Shown in pieces: positions 1 to 9,169 of a stretch of DNA of 64,000 nt. A model generated the notes under the pieces. The model was not told the DNA's origin. It did no database searches and worked only from the letters and a program-made list of their open reading frames with translations. The translations under genes were made by a program, and so were the position numbers. Location of the stretch: NCBI GenBank assembly GCA_035776755.1, contig DASTWS010000014.1:2405-66404 (forward strand), written 5' to 3'. The first letter of the stretch is position 1; the number at the start of each line of letters is the position of its first letter. The stretch is from Verrucomicrobiia bacterium. Lineage in GTDB: Bacteria > Verrucomicrobiota > Verrucomicrobiia > Limisphaerales > UBA11358.

Positions 1-2261
1 GTGGCAAATAATGCCTGTGCTTCGATGCTACCGCTTTTGGTAGCACTGATGCCGAAGTTTAAATGATTCGCGTTGAGTGTCGGCGTTGGATTCCATGATT
101 TGGAGGAAATCAATTCGTAACTGGCGCCACTTGGCGACGGCGCGGAAGGCGAAACCGAATTCAATGTGCTGGCTGAAAAATCATCACTGAATAGATTCGT
201 TGTCACGATAACGATCACCGAAGCCTGCGGCGTGGCGCTGACTTCAACGGAATTGCTTTGGCCGGCCGTATTGACGCTGGAAACGATATAATAATACGTC
301 GTGCCATTGGTGACCTGCGCATCCGAATAACTTGTGTCCGTCAAATTGCTGGCGATAGTTGAATAGCCTCCGCCGCTCACAGTGGAACGCTTCAGGCTGT
401 AAGTGGTCGCTTCAGCAACCGGAGACCATGTCAAGGCAACCGAAGAATCTCCAGCCGTTGCCACGACATTTGTCGGAGCCGGCGGCGGCGCGGTGGATGA
501 GACAATCAATTTAACCTGTCCGGCTGTTCCAGTATCGAAGGCATAATTGAAGCCGCCCGGTTTTGAGGCGAGTGTCGGCAAACCACCGGTCAAACTGCCG
601 GAATAAGCCATCAAAGTATAAGTGCCCGCGCCAAAACCAGGACCGGCGGTGATATTATTTGTTCCGCCGAGGGCAAGATTTCCTTTTACATTCACCGTGG
701 CATCGTTTGTGCCGAGCGAGAAATTTAAAACGGTCGTTGGAGAGAGTGTTAAATTGTTGCTAAAAGTGAATGTGCTGCTTTCCAACGTCAGCGGACCATT
801 GTCAAATGCGTTGGTATTCTTCAACGTCCCGAGCGCATTATGAAATTCCAGTGTGTTGCCATAGCCATTGGTCGTTAACCCGTCAAAAATCCATAAATTA
901 TTTGCCGCCGCCGTGCCGGGCGTATTGGAAAAGATCACTCCGGCGTTAAAAAACTGCACGTCCTTGACGTTGGACGGCAGGTTGAAATTGCAATCAATGA
1001 ATTGAATGTCTGTGGCGTTCAGAACTTCCGGAGCCAGCGTGGAACTGGACGTGATATTGACGGAACGGAAGACGATGTTGGACGCCAGCGCTTCGGGCAA
1101 TCCCCAAACCATCAGCGGCGGCCGGCCGGCCGGCGTGGCGACCGCGGTGATGTTGCTGAACGTGATGTTTTTCCATAAGGGATCGGTGCTCGTATATGCG
1201 GTGTAATTGGTGGCGACCACGTTCGCAGCAAAGGTCGGATTTACCCCGGTCAGCGTGCCAAGGCCAAATTCGTAATAGCTGTAAATCAATAATGGCCACG
1301 CGACATTGGTCATCGTCAAATTACAGTAGGTCAAGTTCTGAACAACGCCACCACGTCCGCGCTCGGATTTCAACCGGATGCCATTGTCGGTGCCGGTAAA
1401 TGAACAATTGATGACGAAAATATTTGAAACACCGTCGGCATAGCTGCCTACGGAAACGCCGTGGCCGGTGCCGTAAACATTGTTGGTAAGCAAAACGTCC
1501 CATGTTCCACCGCTGCAGGTAAAGTCGTCGTCGCCCACGCTGATGTTACAGTGTTCTACGAGGATATTTGTGCCATTCACATCGCATGCATCCGTATTAT
1601 GGCTTGGCGTCACCGGGTCACTTGACGACGGAGCCCAAATGGTGACATCCCGCACCGTGATATTGCCGTGGTTTAACGAAAGATGGAACATCGGCGAATT
1701 GGACAATGTGATGTTCTGAATCAACAGGTGATTACAGCCACTGAAATTGATCATGCGCGGACGGTTATAGGATGAATTGGTGCTGGTAATCTTCCACCAT
1801 GGCGCGCCCTGCCCGTCAATGGCCCCCGGGCCACTGATTTCAATATTCGTCACGCTGGAACCACTGATAAAATTCGCTGGATTAACGAAACCGCCCGGGT
1901 AATTGCTATAGGCGAGCATCCGTAAAATAGCCCCTTCATCAATTTGCAAATTAACGTTGTTCTTCATCGTCAGCGGTCCGCACAAATAGGTTCCAGCCGG
2001 AATTTCAACCGTGCCGCCGCTATAACCACCCACATTTCCGCCTGCCGTCGCAGCATTGATCGCATTTTGAATCGCCGTCGTGTTCGTCGTCACGCCGTCG
2101 CCAATCGCGCCATAGCTCGTGACATTGATGACGTTATTGGTGTTGATGAGAATCGTCCAGGGCACAATGGCCATGGATTTTGTCGTGAAGAAAGCAATCG
2201 CAATTAAAAACAATGCGTTCCAATAACGGCGGCTGTCCTGTTTGTGGATATTTGTCATCAT
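1..2261 (-). CDS. Glycoside hydrolase family 28 (polygalacturonase-like beta-helix) with Fn3-containing C-terminal extension; 3' end runs off the left edge
   Basis: Absent from the ORF track because there is no stop in the window. My reverse-complement translation from ATG 2259-2261 gives MMTNIHKQDSRRYWNALFLIAIAFF...VTSYGAIGDGVTTNTTAIQNAINAA...GPGAIDGQGAPWW...SNSPMFHL. It also shows GH28-type motifs HNTDACDV, VGDDDFTC and GTGHGVSVGS. The frame stays open to position 3. Bases ~240-480 translate to an Fn3-like segment (APPPAPTNVVATAGDSSVALTWSPV...YYYIVSSVN). Confidence 0.8.
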   Translation of the reverse strand, partial: MMTNIHKQDSRRYWNALFLIAIAFFTTKSMAIVPWTILINTNNVINVTSYGAIGDGVTTNTTAIQNAINAATAGGNVGGYSGGTVEIPAGTYLCGPLTMKNNVNLQIDEGAILRMLAYSNYPGGFVNPANFISGSSVTNIEISGPGAIDGQGAPWWKITSTNSSYNRPRMINFSGCNHLLIQNITLSNSPMFHLSLNHGNITVRDVTIWAPSSSDPVTPSHNTDACDVNGTNILVEHCNISVGDDDFTCSGGTWDVLLTNNVYGTGHGVSVGSYADGVSNIFVINCSFTGTDNGIRLKSERGRGGVVQNLTYCNLTMTNVAWPLLIYSYYEFGLGTLTGVNPTFAANVVATNYTAYTSTDPLWKNITFSNITAVATPAGRPPLMVWGLPEALASNIVFRSVNITSSSTLAPEVLNATDIQFIDCNFNLPSNVKDVQFFNAGVIFSNTPGTAAANNLWIFDGLTTNGYGNTLEFHNALGTLKNTNAFDNGPLTLESSTFTFSNNLTLSPTTVLNFSLGTNDATVNVKGNLALGGTNNITAGPGFGAGTYTLMAYSGSLTGGLPTLASKPGGFNYAFDTGTAGQVKLIVSSTAPPPAPTNVVATAGDSSVALTWSPVAEATTYSLKRSTVSGGGYSTIASNLTDTSYSDAQVTNGTTYYYIVSSVNTAGQSNSVEVSATPQASVIVIVTTNLFSDDFSASTLNSVSPSAPSPSGASYELISSKSWNPTPTLNANHLNFGISATKSGSIEAQALFA

Positions 2262-2454
2262 AGGATCAATTAATATAAATCAGGTTACAACGCTTGCCTG
2301 TTCCATTCTGCCATTTAGCCGCATTATGTCCTTAAAAACGGAAAAATGCTCCGAAATATAAATGCAATTGCGACAAACGGCTGATGAACAAATCTGCTGC
2401 AGGTCTGTTGCCAAAGTAATCGAAGCAGCCGGAAATTGCCTTACAAGATTCTGC

Positions 2455-2492
2455 AAAAAACTGTGAAAATTGTTCACCTGCGATGTTTCACA
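2455..2492 (-). terminator. Putative intrinsic terminator after the second GH28 gene
   Basis: On the minus strand, TGTGAAA...TTTCACA forms a 7-nt inverted repeat (2462-2468 / 2486-2492), with an alternative inner GTGAA/TTCAC stem. It is followed by TTTTTT (A-run 2455-2460 on plus). The long loop and weak stem keep confidence modest. Confidence 0.4.
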
Positions 2493-2518
2493 ATCGTACC
2501 GGCTGCGGGATTCGCGAT

Positions 2519-3877
2519 TTATTTCGCCTTTTCCAGCGAACAGTTCACCAGCTTCACGTCGGCATCAATCACCTGGTCGGGCTTTTTAACTTCCTTAAAA
2601 GTGGAATTATAAATACGCACGTCAGAAATTTCCGCGCCGGGAAAACCGCGAACATTTAACACCCGCGGCGTATGCGCCACGGTGATATTTTCCATGACCA
2701 CGTTTTTGGCCACCGGCTTGTAATTTCCTTTCGCGCCTTCCTCATACAGAAAATCAATCTGCAACACCGAGTCTTTGACAACGCCAACGTTGCAATTGCG
2801 CATGAAGATATTTTGCAGCACGCCGCCGCGAACGGCATTGGATTTCAATCGAAGCGCGCAAATCAGATTCGGGCTGCTCATTTCACAATTTTCCACAAAA
2901 ACATTGCTGCAACTGCCCGAAATCTCGCTGCCGATCGCCGTCCCCGCATGTCCGTCGCGCATCGTGCAATCGCGGATGACGATATTCTGCACCGGCACGC
3001 CCACGCGACGGCCATCCGCATTGCGACCGGATTTGATGGCAATGCAATCGTCACCGGTATCGAACAAACATTTTTCCATCAGCACATCGCAAGAGCTTTC
3101 CGGGTCGCAGCCATCGTTGTTCGGGCCGTGCGAGAAAATATCCACGCCGCGCAAAGTCACGTTGGTGCACAGCAACGGATGAATTTCCCACATCGGCGAG
3201 CGGCGGATTTTTACACCTTCGATCAAAATGTTCCGGCAGCGGTTGAACTCAATAAAATCTGGCCGCAAATTGCCGCCCTCGCCGAAAACGCGTTTTTCGA
3301 CCGGAACACCTTCGGTCGCCATCTGCACCAATTTTTGTCGCGCAGAAGATTTTTTCCATGCCCACCAATTCGAATCGTCCGCCTGTCCATCCAAAGTGCC
3401 TTCGCCGGTGACGGCGATATTTTTTTGGTTCAGCGCGTAAATCAATGGCGAATAATTGTAAAGCTCCGTTCCTTCAAATCGCGTGAACACGACCGGCAAA
3501 TAATCTTTTGGATCCGTGCTGAATTTCAGGACGGAATTGCTCGATGCCAGATGCAAATCCACGTTGCTTTTCAAATGAATCGGCCCGGTCAAAAATTCGC
3601 CGGCCGGAATCACGACGTGGCCGCCGCCGGCCATCGCGCATGCGTCGATCGCGCGGGAAATCGCTTTGCTGCAATCCGTTTTGCCATCGCCCACCGCGCC
3701 AAAATTGGTGACGACAAATTCGCGCTTGGGAAATTCCGGCGGCGAAATGCGTTTTAGAATTTTAGCTTCCTGCGCCCAGTCGGCTTGCGTGCCGGTCGCG
3801 ACATTGGCGGCATTAAGGGCCGGCGCCAGGAATAGCGCGCAAAACAGGATCGAAGTGAATGCTTTCATGCGTTTCAT
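2519..3877 (-). CDS. Glycoside hydrolase family 28 (polygalacturonase / exo-poly-galacturonosidase-like), secreted
   Basis: 452-aa ORF with signal peptide MKRMKAFTSILFCALFLAPALNA. N-cap is VTNFGAVGDGKTDCSKAISRAIDAC. GH28 motifs are NNDGCDP, GDDCIAIKSG, GHAGTAIGSE and LRLKS. Confidence 0.85.
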   Translation of the reverse strand: MKRMKAFTSILFCALFLAPALNAANVATGTQADWAQEAKILKRISPPEFPKREFVVTNFGAVGDGKTDCSKAISRAIDACAMAGGGHVVIPAGEFLTGPIHLKSNVDLHLASSNSVLKFSTDPKDYLPVVFTRFEGTELYNYSPLIYALNQKNIAVTGEGTLDGQADDSNWWAWKKSSARQKLVQMATEGVPVEKRVFGEGGNLRPDFIEFNRCRNILIEGVKIRRSPMWEIHPLLCTNVTLRGVDIFSHGPNNDGCDPESSCDVLMEKCLFDTGDDCIAIKSGRNADGRRVGVPVQNIVIRDCTMRDGHAGTAIGSEISGSCSNVFVENCEMSSPNLICALRLKSNAVRGGVLQNIFMRNCNVGVVKDSVLQIDFLYEEGAKGNYKPVAKNVVMENITVAHTPRVLNVRGFPGAEISDVRIYNSTFKEVKKPDQVIDADVKLVNCSLEKAK

Positions 3878-3901
3878 TTTACCGATTGATTATTACCGCA
3901 A

Positions 3902-5140
3902 TTATTTGATGCCGCTAACGTCCGCATCGAACGTGGTCAACGTCTTTCCTTTTTCCACCGTGATTTTGGAATCAATGAACCGGACATTCCTGGCGTGATA
4001 AATGATCATTCCGTTTTTTGCGGAGAGATTGACGTTTGAAAAAGTGATCCCGTCAATCGGCGCTTCCGGCAAGCCGCGAATGATTCCGGCATTGGGACAA
4101 TCGGTCGCCGTAACATTGCGCACAAGGACGTTGCGGTTTTTTGGCGTGCGGTCATTGACGGCTTCAGCTTTTTCCGTGGCTGGATCTTTTGGCGCCGTGC
4201 GTTCCGGATAATAGTCCACGATGCTGATGGGCGCTTTTTTGATGGCCGACATTGTCAAATTTTCGTAAGTGCAATTTTCCAACATCCCGCCGTTGCCGCG
4301 CAATGATTTGATGCGGATGCCGTAATCGGTTTCGTGAAAGGTGCAATTGCTTACCGTCAAGCCATCCAGACCGCCGGCGGTTCCGCTGCCGACAGACATT
4401 CCATGCCCGTGGATAAAGGTGCAATCTTTGACAAAAAAGTTTTTATCGCCCGGCACACGGCTGCCCGGATTCGGTTTGATCGCGATATTGTCGTCGCCGC
4501 CGTCAATCGTGCAGCTGGAAATCAAAAAATTCCAACCAGACGGATCAATGCCGTCCGTGTTCGGCGCATCTGACGGCGATTTAATTTTGATATTTTCAAT
4601 CGTCACATCCGTGCAATTTTGCGGCACCAGATGAAACATCGGTGAATTGCAGAGCGTCACGTCGTGGACTTTCACGCGCTCGCAATCCGAAATTTTTATC
4701 AGGTAAGGCCGATGTGTCATTTTCGGATTTTCGCGAAATGCCTTCCACCATGCTTCGCCCTGCCCGTTGATCGTTCCCGTGCCGCTGATCTCCAGGTCGT
4801 GCGCGTGCTTCGCGGTGATAGCGTCAACATAACGATTTTTTTCCGCCGGATAATGCGCCATATCGTCGGAAATTAAAATTTCCGCGCCGGCAGCGAGATG
4901 AAAATTGATGTCGCTGGCCAGCGTGAACGGCATCGTCACAAATTTTCCCTCAGGAATTAGAACCATTCCGCCGCCGGCGGCCGACGCCGTATCAATGGCT
5001 TTTTGAATGGCCGCGGTGTCCAGTGTTTTGCCGTCGCCCTTCGCGCCAAAATCACGGATGTTGAATGTTTTCGTTTCCGCGCCGCGAACGGAGCCGGCCA
5101 AAAGAAATAAAGCGGCGATAATTTTTAACGTCTTGGTCAT
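3902..5140 (-). CDS. Glycoside hydrolase family 28 (polygalacturonase-like), secreted
   Basis: The ORF track gives 3902..5206. I prefer the internal ATG at 5138-5140, which yields signal peptide MTKTLKIIAALFLLAGSVRG. GH28 motifs are NTDGIDP, GGDDNIAIK, HGHGMSVGS and GIRIKS. Confidence 0.85.
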   Translation of the reverse strand: MTKTLKIIAALFLLAGSVRGAETKTFNIRDFGAKGDGKTLDTAAIQKAIDTASAAGGGMVLIPEGKFVTMPFTLASDINFHLAAGAEILISDDMAHYPAEKNRYVDAITAKHAHDLEISGTGTINGQGEAWWKAFRENPKMTHRPYLIKISDCERVKVHDVTLCNSPMFHLVPQNCTDVTIENIKIKSPSDAPNTDGIDPSGWNFLISSCTIDGGDDNIAIKPNPGSRVPGDKNFFVKDCTFIHGHGMSVGSGTAGGLDGLTVSNCTFHETDYGIRIKSLRGNGGMLENCTYENLTMSAIKKAPISIVDYYPERTAPKDPATEKAEAVNDRTPKNRNVLVRNVTATDCPNAGIIRGLPEAPIDGITFSNVNLSAKNGMIIYHARNVRFIDSKITVEKGKTLTTFDADVSGIK

Positions 5141-5221
5141 GGTGAAGGAATACTTTGCACCAATTTGCGCCAAAGCAACATCGCAATTTGGGCAAAAGAT
5201 ATTCAAAAAACTGCACTGCGG

Positions 5222-5806
5222 CTATTTGTGCGAATTGCCGCCCAAGGAAAGAACCAACACAAGAATCCCGATGACGATGACCGCCGCCACAACAATGCCG
5301 ATGATGAGAAACAGCTTGTTGTTCTGTTTTTTCTTTTTGGAAAATGCCGTCGTCGAATCAAATCCAACCGGCCGTCCCCCGGTGCCGCTGCGATCCAGCT
5401 CGCTCAAACTCACGCCGCGCGGCATAACCATGGTGGCATCCACTTGCTTTTTTGGCCCCGGAGCGGGTGCAGTTGCCGGAGCAGCAGATGATGCCGCGGG
5501 CGCGGACTGCGCCGACGCATCCGCTGTTTCCAGCCGCAATTCCACCTGCCCCAGCCGCAGTGTCTGCCCGGGTTTTAAGATCGTTTCTGAAATTTTCTCT
5601 CCATTGATGAAACTGCCGTTGGTTGAATTGAGGTCGTGGATGAGGACTTCGCTTCCGCGCAACAGCACTTCGCAATGATGGCTGGAAACTGAAGGATCGG
5701 TGATCTGGAAAGTATTATCTTCCACACGGCCAATTGTTGTCCGTTCCACGTTCAACTCGTGGGCGCGCCCGGTCATGCCCTGGTTGAGGATAACAAGTTT
5801 GGCCAT
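5222..5806 (-). CDS. FHA domain protein with C-terminal transmembrane anchor
   Basis: N-terminal FHA signature (TIGRVEDNTFQITDPSVSSHHCEVLL...LIHDLNSTNGSFINGEKI), an Ala/Pro-rich linker, and a C-terminal hydrophobic helix LFLIIGIVVAAVIVIGILVLVLSL. Confidence 0.75.
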   Translation of the reverse strand: MAKLVILNQGMTGRAHELNVERTTIGRVEDNTFQITDPSVSSHHCEVLLRGSEVLIHDLNSTNGSFINGEKISETILKPGQTLRLGQVELRLETADASAQSAPAASSAAPATAPAPGPKKQVDATMVMPRGVSLSELDRSGTGGRPVGFDSTTAFSKKKKQNNKLFLIIGIVVAAVIVIGILVLVLSLGGNSHK

Positions 5807-5871
5807 AGCTTGATGCGTTCGATTATGAGCGCGCGGCGTTCCAAGTCAAACGGAAATCTTCCAGCGCAAAA

Positions 5872-7029
5872 TTATTTTTTCGCAATCATCGCGCGGAATT
5901 CTGCGAATAACGGCGTCGAATCGTGCGGTCCCGGCGATGCCTCGGGATGATATTGCACGCAGAAAATGGGTTTCTTTTTATGACGCATGCCTTCTACGGT
6001 CTGGTCGTTCAAATTGATGCGGTCAACGGAAATTTCTTTCGGCAAACTTTTTGCGTCCACGGCGAACCCATGGTTTTGAGACGTGATTTCCACCTTGCCG
6101 GTTTCCAAATCTTTCACCGGCTGGTTGCCGCCGCGATGGCCGAATTTCAATTTAAAAGTTTTCCCGCCAAATGCCTGGCCAAGAATTTGGTGCCCAAGGC
6201 ATATCGCGAAAATCGGCGTTCCGGAATCTACGAGCGTTTTTACTTCGCGCACGATGTAATCCAGCGCCGACGGATCGCCGGGACCGTTTGAGAGAAAAAT
6301 TCCCGCCGGTTTTAGTTTCAGCGCGTCCTGCGCGCTCGCCGTCGCCGGCAGAACAGTCGTGGCAAATCCATGCTGACGCAGCCGGCGCAAAATGTTGTAT
6401 TTCATCCCAAAATCGAAGGCCACGATCGGAATGTCGGCCGGCGGCAATGGCTTGTGAAAATTTCGCGCATCGGCAATTTTATTTCCGCGGACCAGATCAA
6501 ACGCCGCGCTTTGCTGGTCTTTTTCATCCCAACGAAACGCCTTTTTATGTGTGACTTCCTTGACGTAATCCACGCCGACGAAAACAAATTCCTTTGCGCG
6601 TTTGACGGCTTCCTTTTCCGAAATGTCTGCCGTGGAAATGAATCCATTCATTGCGCCGCGCAGGCGCAATTTTTTCGTGAGCGATCTGGTGTCAATGCCT
6701 TGAATTCCGGGAATCCCATTTTTTTCCAGATACTTTTCCAACGAAATATCCGCGCGCCAGTTGCTGACGACGGGCGAAAGCTCGCGAATCACAAATCCCG
6801 CCGCGTGCGGGCGCCACGATTCGATGTCCATTTCGTTCACGCCGTAATTGCCGATGAGCGGATACGTCATCGTCACGATTTGGCCTTTATAGGAAGGGTC
6901 GGTGAGAATTTCCTGGTAACCGGTCATGGAAGTATTGAAACAAACTTCGCCGCACGCCGAGGCGCGTGCGCCAAAACCGATGCCGTGAAAAACTGAACCG
7001 TCTTCGAGCGCGAGAATTGCCTTCATCAA
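5872..7029 (-). CDS. carA: Carbamoyl-phosphate synthase small (glutamine amidotransferase) subunit
   Basis: 385-aa ORF with CarA N-domain (MKAILALEDGSVFHGIGFGA...) and class-I GATase triad region (PIFAICLGHQILGQAFGG...FGHRGGNQPV...QYHPEASPGPHD). Confidence 0.93.
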   Translation of the reverse strand: MMKAILALEDGSVFHGIGFGARASACGEVCFNTSMTGYQEILTDPSYKGQIVTMTYPLIGNYGVNEMDIESWRPHAAGFVIRELSPVVSNWRADISLEKYLEKNGIPGIQGIDTRSLTKKLRLRGAMNGFISTADISEKEAVKRAKEFVFVGVDYVKEVTHKKAFRWDEKDQQSAAFDLVRGNKIADARNFHKPLPPADIPIVAFDFGMKYNILRRLRQHGFATTVLPATASAQDALKLKPAGIFLSNGPGDPSALDYIVREVKTLVDSGTPIFAICLGHQILGQAFGGKTFKLKFGHRGGNQPVKDLETGKVEITSQNHGFAVDAKSLPKEISVDRINLNDQTVEGMRHKKKPIFCVQYHPEASPGPHDSTPLFAEFRAMIAKK

Positions 7030-7065
7030 ATGCCGCAGAATTTACGCGAGAAATTTCTCCGATGC

Positions 7066-7097
7066 AAAAAAAATGCGCGGCAAAATCGCCGCGCATT
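7066..7097 (-). terminator. Intrinsic terminator downstream of the thioredoxin-like gene
   Basis: Perfect 10-bp stem AATGCGCGGC / GCCGCGCATT (7072-7081 / 7088-7097) with a 6-nt loop. On the minus strand it is followed by an 8-nt T-run (A-run 7066-7073 on plus). Confidence 0.65.
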
Positions 7098-7111
7098 GCC
7101 TTTGAGCAATC

Positions 7112-7552
7112 TTATTCTTTTTTTGCTTTGTCCAATTTCGCGATCAGCGCTTTCGGTCCGCCGGCGAGATAACCGACCTGCGTCATCACGACTTTGCCGT
7201 CGGCATTCAATGCGATCTCGGTCGGAAAAGCTTCAACTTCATATTTTTTGGCGAGCGCTTCATTGGCCTTTTTTATGTTTCCAGGCTGTTCCGTGTGCCG
7301 CAGGAAATCCACTTTCACCAGCACGAGATTTTTGGTCGCGTAATCGGCGAATTCCGGTTGTGAGAGCGTTTCTTTGTCCAATTTCACGCACCATGGACAC
7401 CAGTCGGAACCGGTAAAATCAATGAGCACGAGCTTGTTTTCCTTTTTGGCCTGTTCCTGCGCTTTCGACAGGTCGGTCATCCAATTGAGTTCCGCCGCGC
7501 CCGCTTGCAGCAACGCGCACGCAGCCAGGAGTGTAACAATAATTCTTTTCAT
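7112..7552 (-). CDS. Secreted thioredoxin-fold protein (CxxC)
   Basis: 146 aa with signal peptide MKRIIVTLLAACALLQAGAA and active-site-like DFTGSDWCPWCVKL (C-P-W-C) in a thioredoxin-like context. Confidence 0.7.
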   Translation of the reverse strand: MKRIIVTLLAACALLQAGAAELNWMTDLSKAQEQAKKENKLVLIDFTGSDWCPWCVKLDKETLSQPEFADYATKNLVLVKVDFLRHTEQPGNIKKANEALAKKYEVEAFPTEIALNADGKVVMTQVGYLAGGPKALIAKLDKAKKE

Positions 7553-7576
7553 AGGTTTTTGTTTTTGACTTTGAAA

Positions 7577-8953
7577 TCAGGCTGTTGCCAATTCATTTTC
7601 TTCCAACCACACCGGCTTGCCGCCGACGATTGTCGCTATAACCTTGCCCTTTAATTTCCAGCCGTCAAATGGGCTGTTCTTCGATTTGCTGGCCGAATCG
7701 GCCAACCGGAAAACCCATTCCGCATCGGCATCAAAGACTGTGACATCGGCATCCGCGCCAGCGCTCAATGTTCCTTTTTTCAAATTTAACAGGCGCGCGG
7801 GATTGGCCGTAAATTTCGCGATCATTTCGGACAATGAAATCCGTTTCGTATCAACCAATTGCATCAGCGACAGGGCCAATTCCGTTTCCAGTCCGGTGAT
7901 GCCAAACGGCGCGTAATCAAATTCCACGGCTTTTTCATAATCACAATGCGGCGCGTGGTCGCTGGCCAGGATTTCAATCGTGCCATCGGCCAGGCCTTCA
8001 AGAATCGCTGCGCGGTCCTTGGCCGATCGCAACGGCGGATTCATTTTAAAATTGGTGTCGTAATTCGGCCAGGCCGGCAATTCGTCGTTTTGCGTGTCAG
8101 CCAAATCTTTGCCGTCGCTGTTCCAGAATTTTTCGCTGCCCGCAATCGCCGCGTCGGTCAGGACAAAATGATGCGGGCACGCTTCGCCGGAGATCGAGAC
8201 GCCGCGTTTTTTCGCTTCCCGGAGCAGCGCCACGCTGCCCGCCGCGCTCAAATGCTGGCAATGGATTTTTGCGCCGGTCAATTCCGCGAGCAAAATGTTT
8301 CGCGCCACGATCATTTCTTCGCCCGCCGATGACCAGCCGCGCAAGCCGAGCGCCAGGTTCCAATATCCTTCGTGCATCACGCCGTCGGTCACGAGAGAAT
8401 AATCCTGGCAATGATCCATCACCGGCAAGTCGAACATTTTCGCGTATTCGCACGCGCGGCGCATGAGTTCGTTATTCTGCACGCAATGGCCGTCGTCGGT
8501 GATTGCCACGATGCCGGCTTTTTTCAACCCGCCAATCGGCGCGAGTTCTTCGCCGGCGATATTTTTGGTGATGGCCCCGGCGACAAAAACATTGACCACG
8601 CCTTCACGCACGGCGCGTTCGCGAATGAGCGCCACGGTTCCGGAATTATCTATCGCCGGCGATGTGTTCGGCATGCAGACGACGGAGGTAAATCCGCCAC
8701 GCGCGGCCGCGGCGGTTCCGGTGGCGAGATTTTCCTTGGCAGTCTGGCCGGGTTCGCGCAAATGAACATGCAGATCGATCAGGCCGGGAGAAACAATTTT
8801 TCCGGTGACGTCGAAGCGTTGGATTTCTTTGGGCGCGGAAAGGTTTTTTCCCACGGCAGAAATTTTCCCATCAACGATGAGCACATCCGCGGAAGCATCG
8901 AATTTATTCGCGGGGTCGATCACGCGTCCGCCGGTCAGAAGCAGCGAATTCAT
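7577..8953 (-). CDS. pyrC: Dihydroorotase (class I, amidohydrolase fold)
   Basis: The ORF track gives 7577..9106, but the first 51 codons translate the tRNA-Gly gene in antisense (MGIEPT...). The start moves to ATG 8951-8953 (MNSLLLTGGRVIDP...). Metal-binding motif GLIDLHVHLREPG, plus DHAPH further on. Confidence 0.9.
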   Translation of the reverse strand: MNSLLLTGGRVIDPANKFDASADVLIVDGKISAVGKNLSAPKEIQRFDVTGKIVSPGLIDLHVHLREPGQTAKENLATGTAAAARGGFTSVVCMPNTSPAIDNSGTVALIRERAVREGVVNVFVAGAITKNIAGEELAPIGGLKKAGIVAITDDGHCVQNNELMRRACEYAKMFDLPVMDHCQDYSLVTDGVMHEGYWNLALGLRGWSSAGEEMIVARNILLAELTGAKIHCQHLSAAGSVALLREAKKRGVSISGEACPHHFVLTDAAIAGSEKFWNSDGKDLADTQNDELPAWPNYDTNFKMNPPLRSAKDRAAILEGLADGTIEILASDHAPHCDYEKAVEFDYAPFGITGLETELALSLMQLVDTKRISLSEMIAKFTANPARLLNLKKGTLSAGADADVTVFDADAEWVFRLADSASKSKNSPFDGWKLKGKVIATIVGGKPVWLEENELATA

Positions 8954-9016
8954 CGCGTGGAGTTTAACAACGGCGAATTGACAAGGCAAGCGCAGCCGAT
9001 ATGCTTGGGGAGTTCC

Positions 9017-9090
9017 GCGGGCGTAGTTCAATGGTAGAACGGCAGCCTTCCAAGCTGCACACGTGGGTTCGATTCCCATCGCCCGCTCCA
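9017..9090 (+). tRNA. tRNA-Gly (anticodon UCC), CCA encoded
   Basis: GCGGGCGTAGTTCAATGGTAGAACGGCAGCCTTCCAAGCTGCACACGTGGGTTCGATTCCCATCGCCCGCTCCA. Acceptor stem is 7 bp (GCGGGCG/CGCCCGC). Anticodon arm is GCAGC-CTTCCAA-GCTGC. T-loop is TTCGATT. Length 74 nt. Confidence 0.93.
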
Positions 9091-9099
9091 TTTTAAGAA

Positions 9100-9139
9100 A
9101 GAGCAACGAACCAAACGGTTTCGTTGCTCTTTTGCTTTT
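9100..9139. terminator. Hairpin terminator, probably bidirectional (tRNA-Gly on plus, GH16-PATR operon end on minus)
   Basis: AGAGCAACGAA (9100-9110) pairs with TTCGTTGCTCT (9120-9130) and is followed by TTTGCTTTT on plus. On minus the same stem is followed by TTTCTT. Confidence 0.6.
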
Positions 9140-9169
9140 CGGAAATAATATAGCTTTTAGCCCGGACCG

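Noticed and set aside
2280-2477. 65-aa ORF in the 257-nt gap between two GH28 genes.
   Set aside because: It has no motifs and odd composition (Cys/Asn-rich). It spans a putative terminator hairpin and the probable promoter of the downstream GH28 gene.
8954-9106. N-terminal 51 codons of the ORF-track version of the dihydroorotase gene (MLFLKMERAMGIEPTCAAWK...).
   Set aside because: This stretch is the antisense translation of tRNA-Gly (9017-9090). The GIEPT signature is the T-arm. The conserved DHOase N-terminus begins at ATG 8953.
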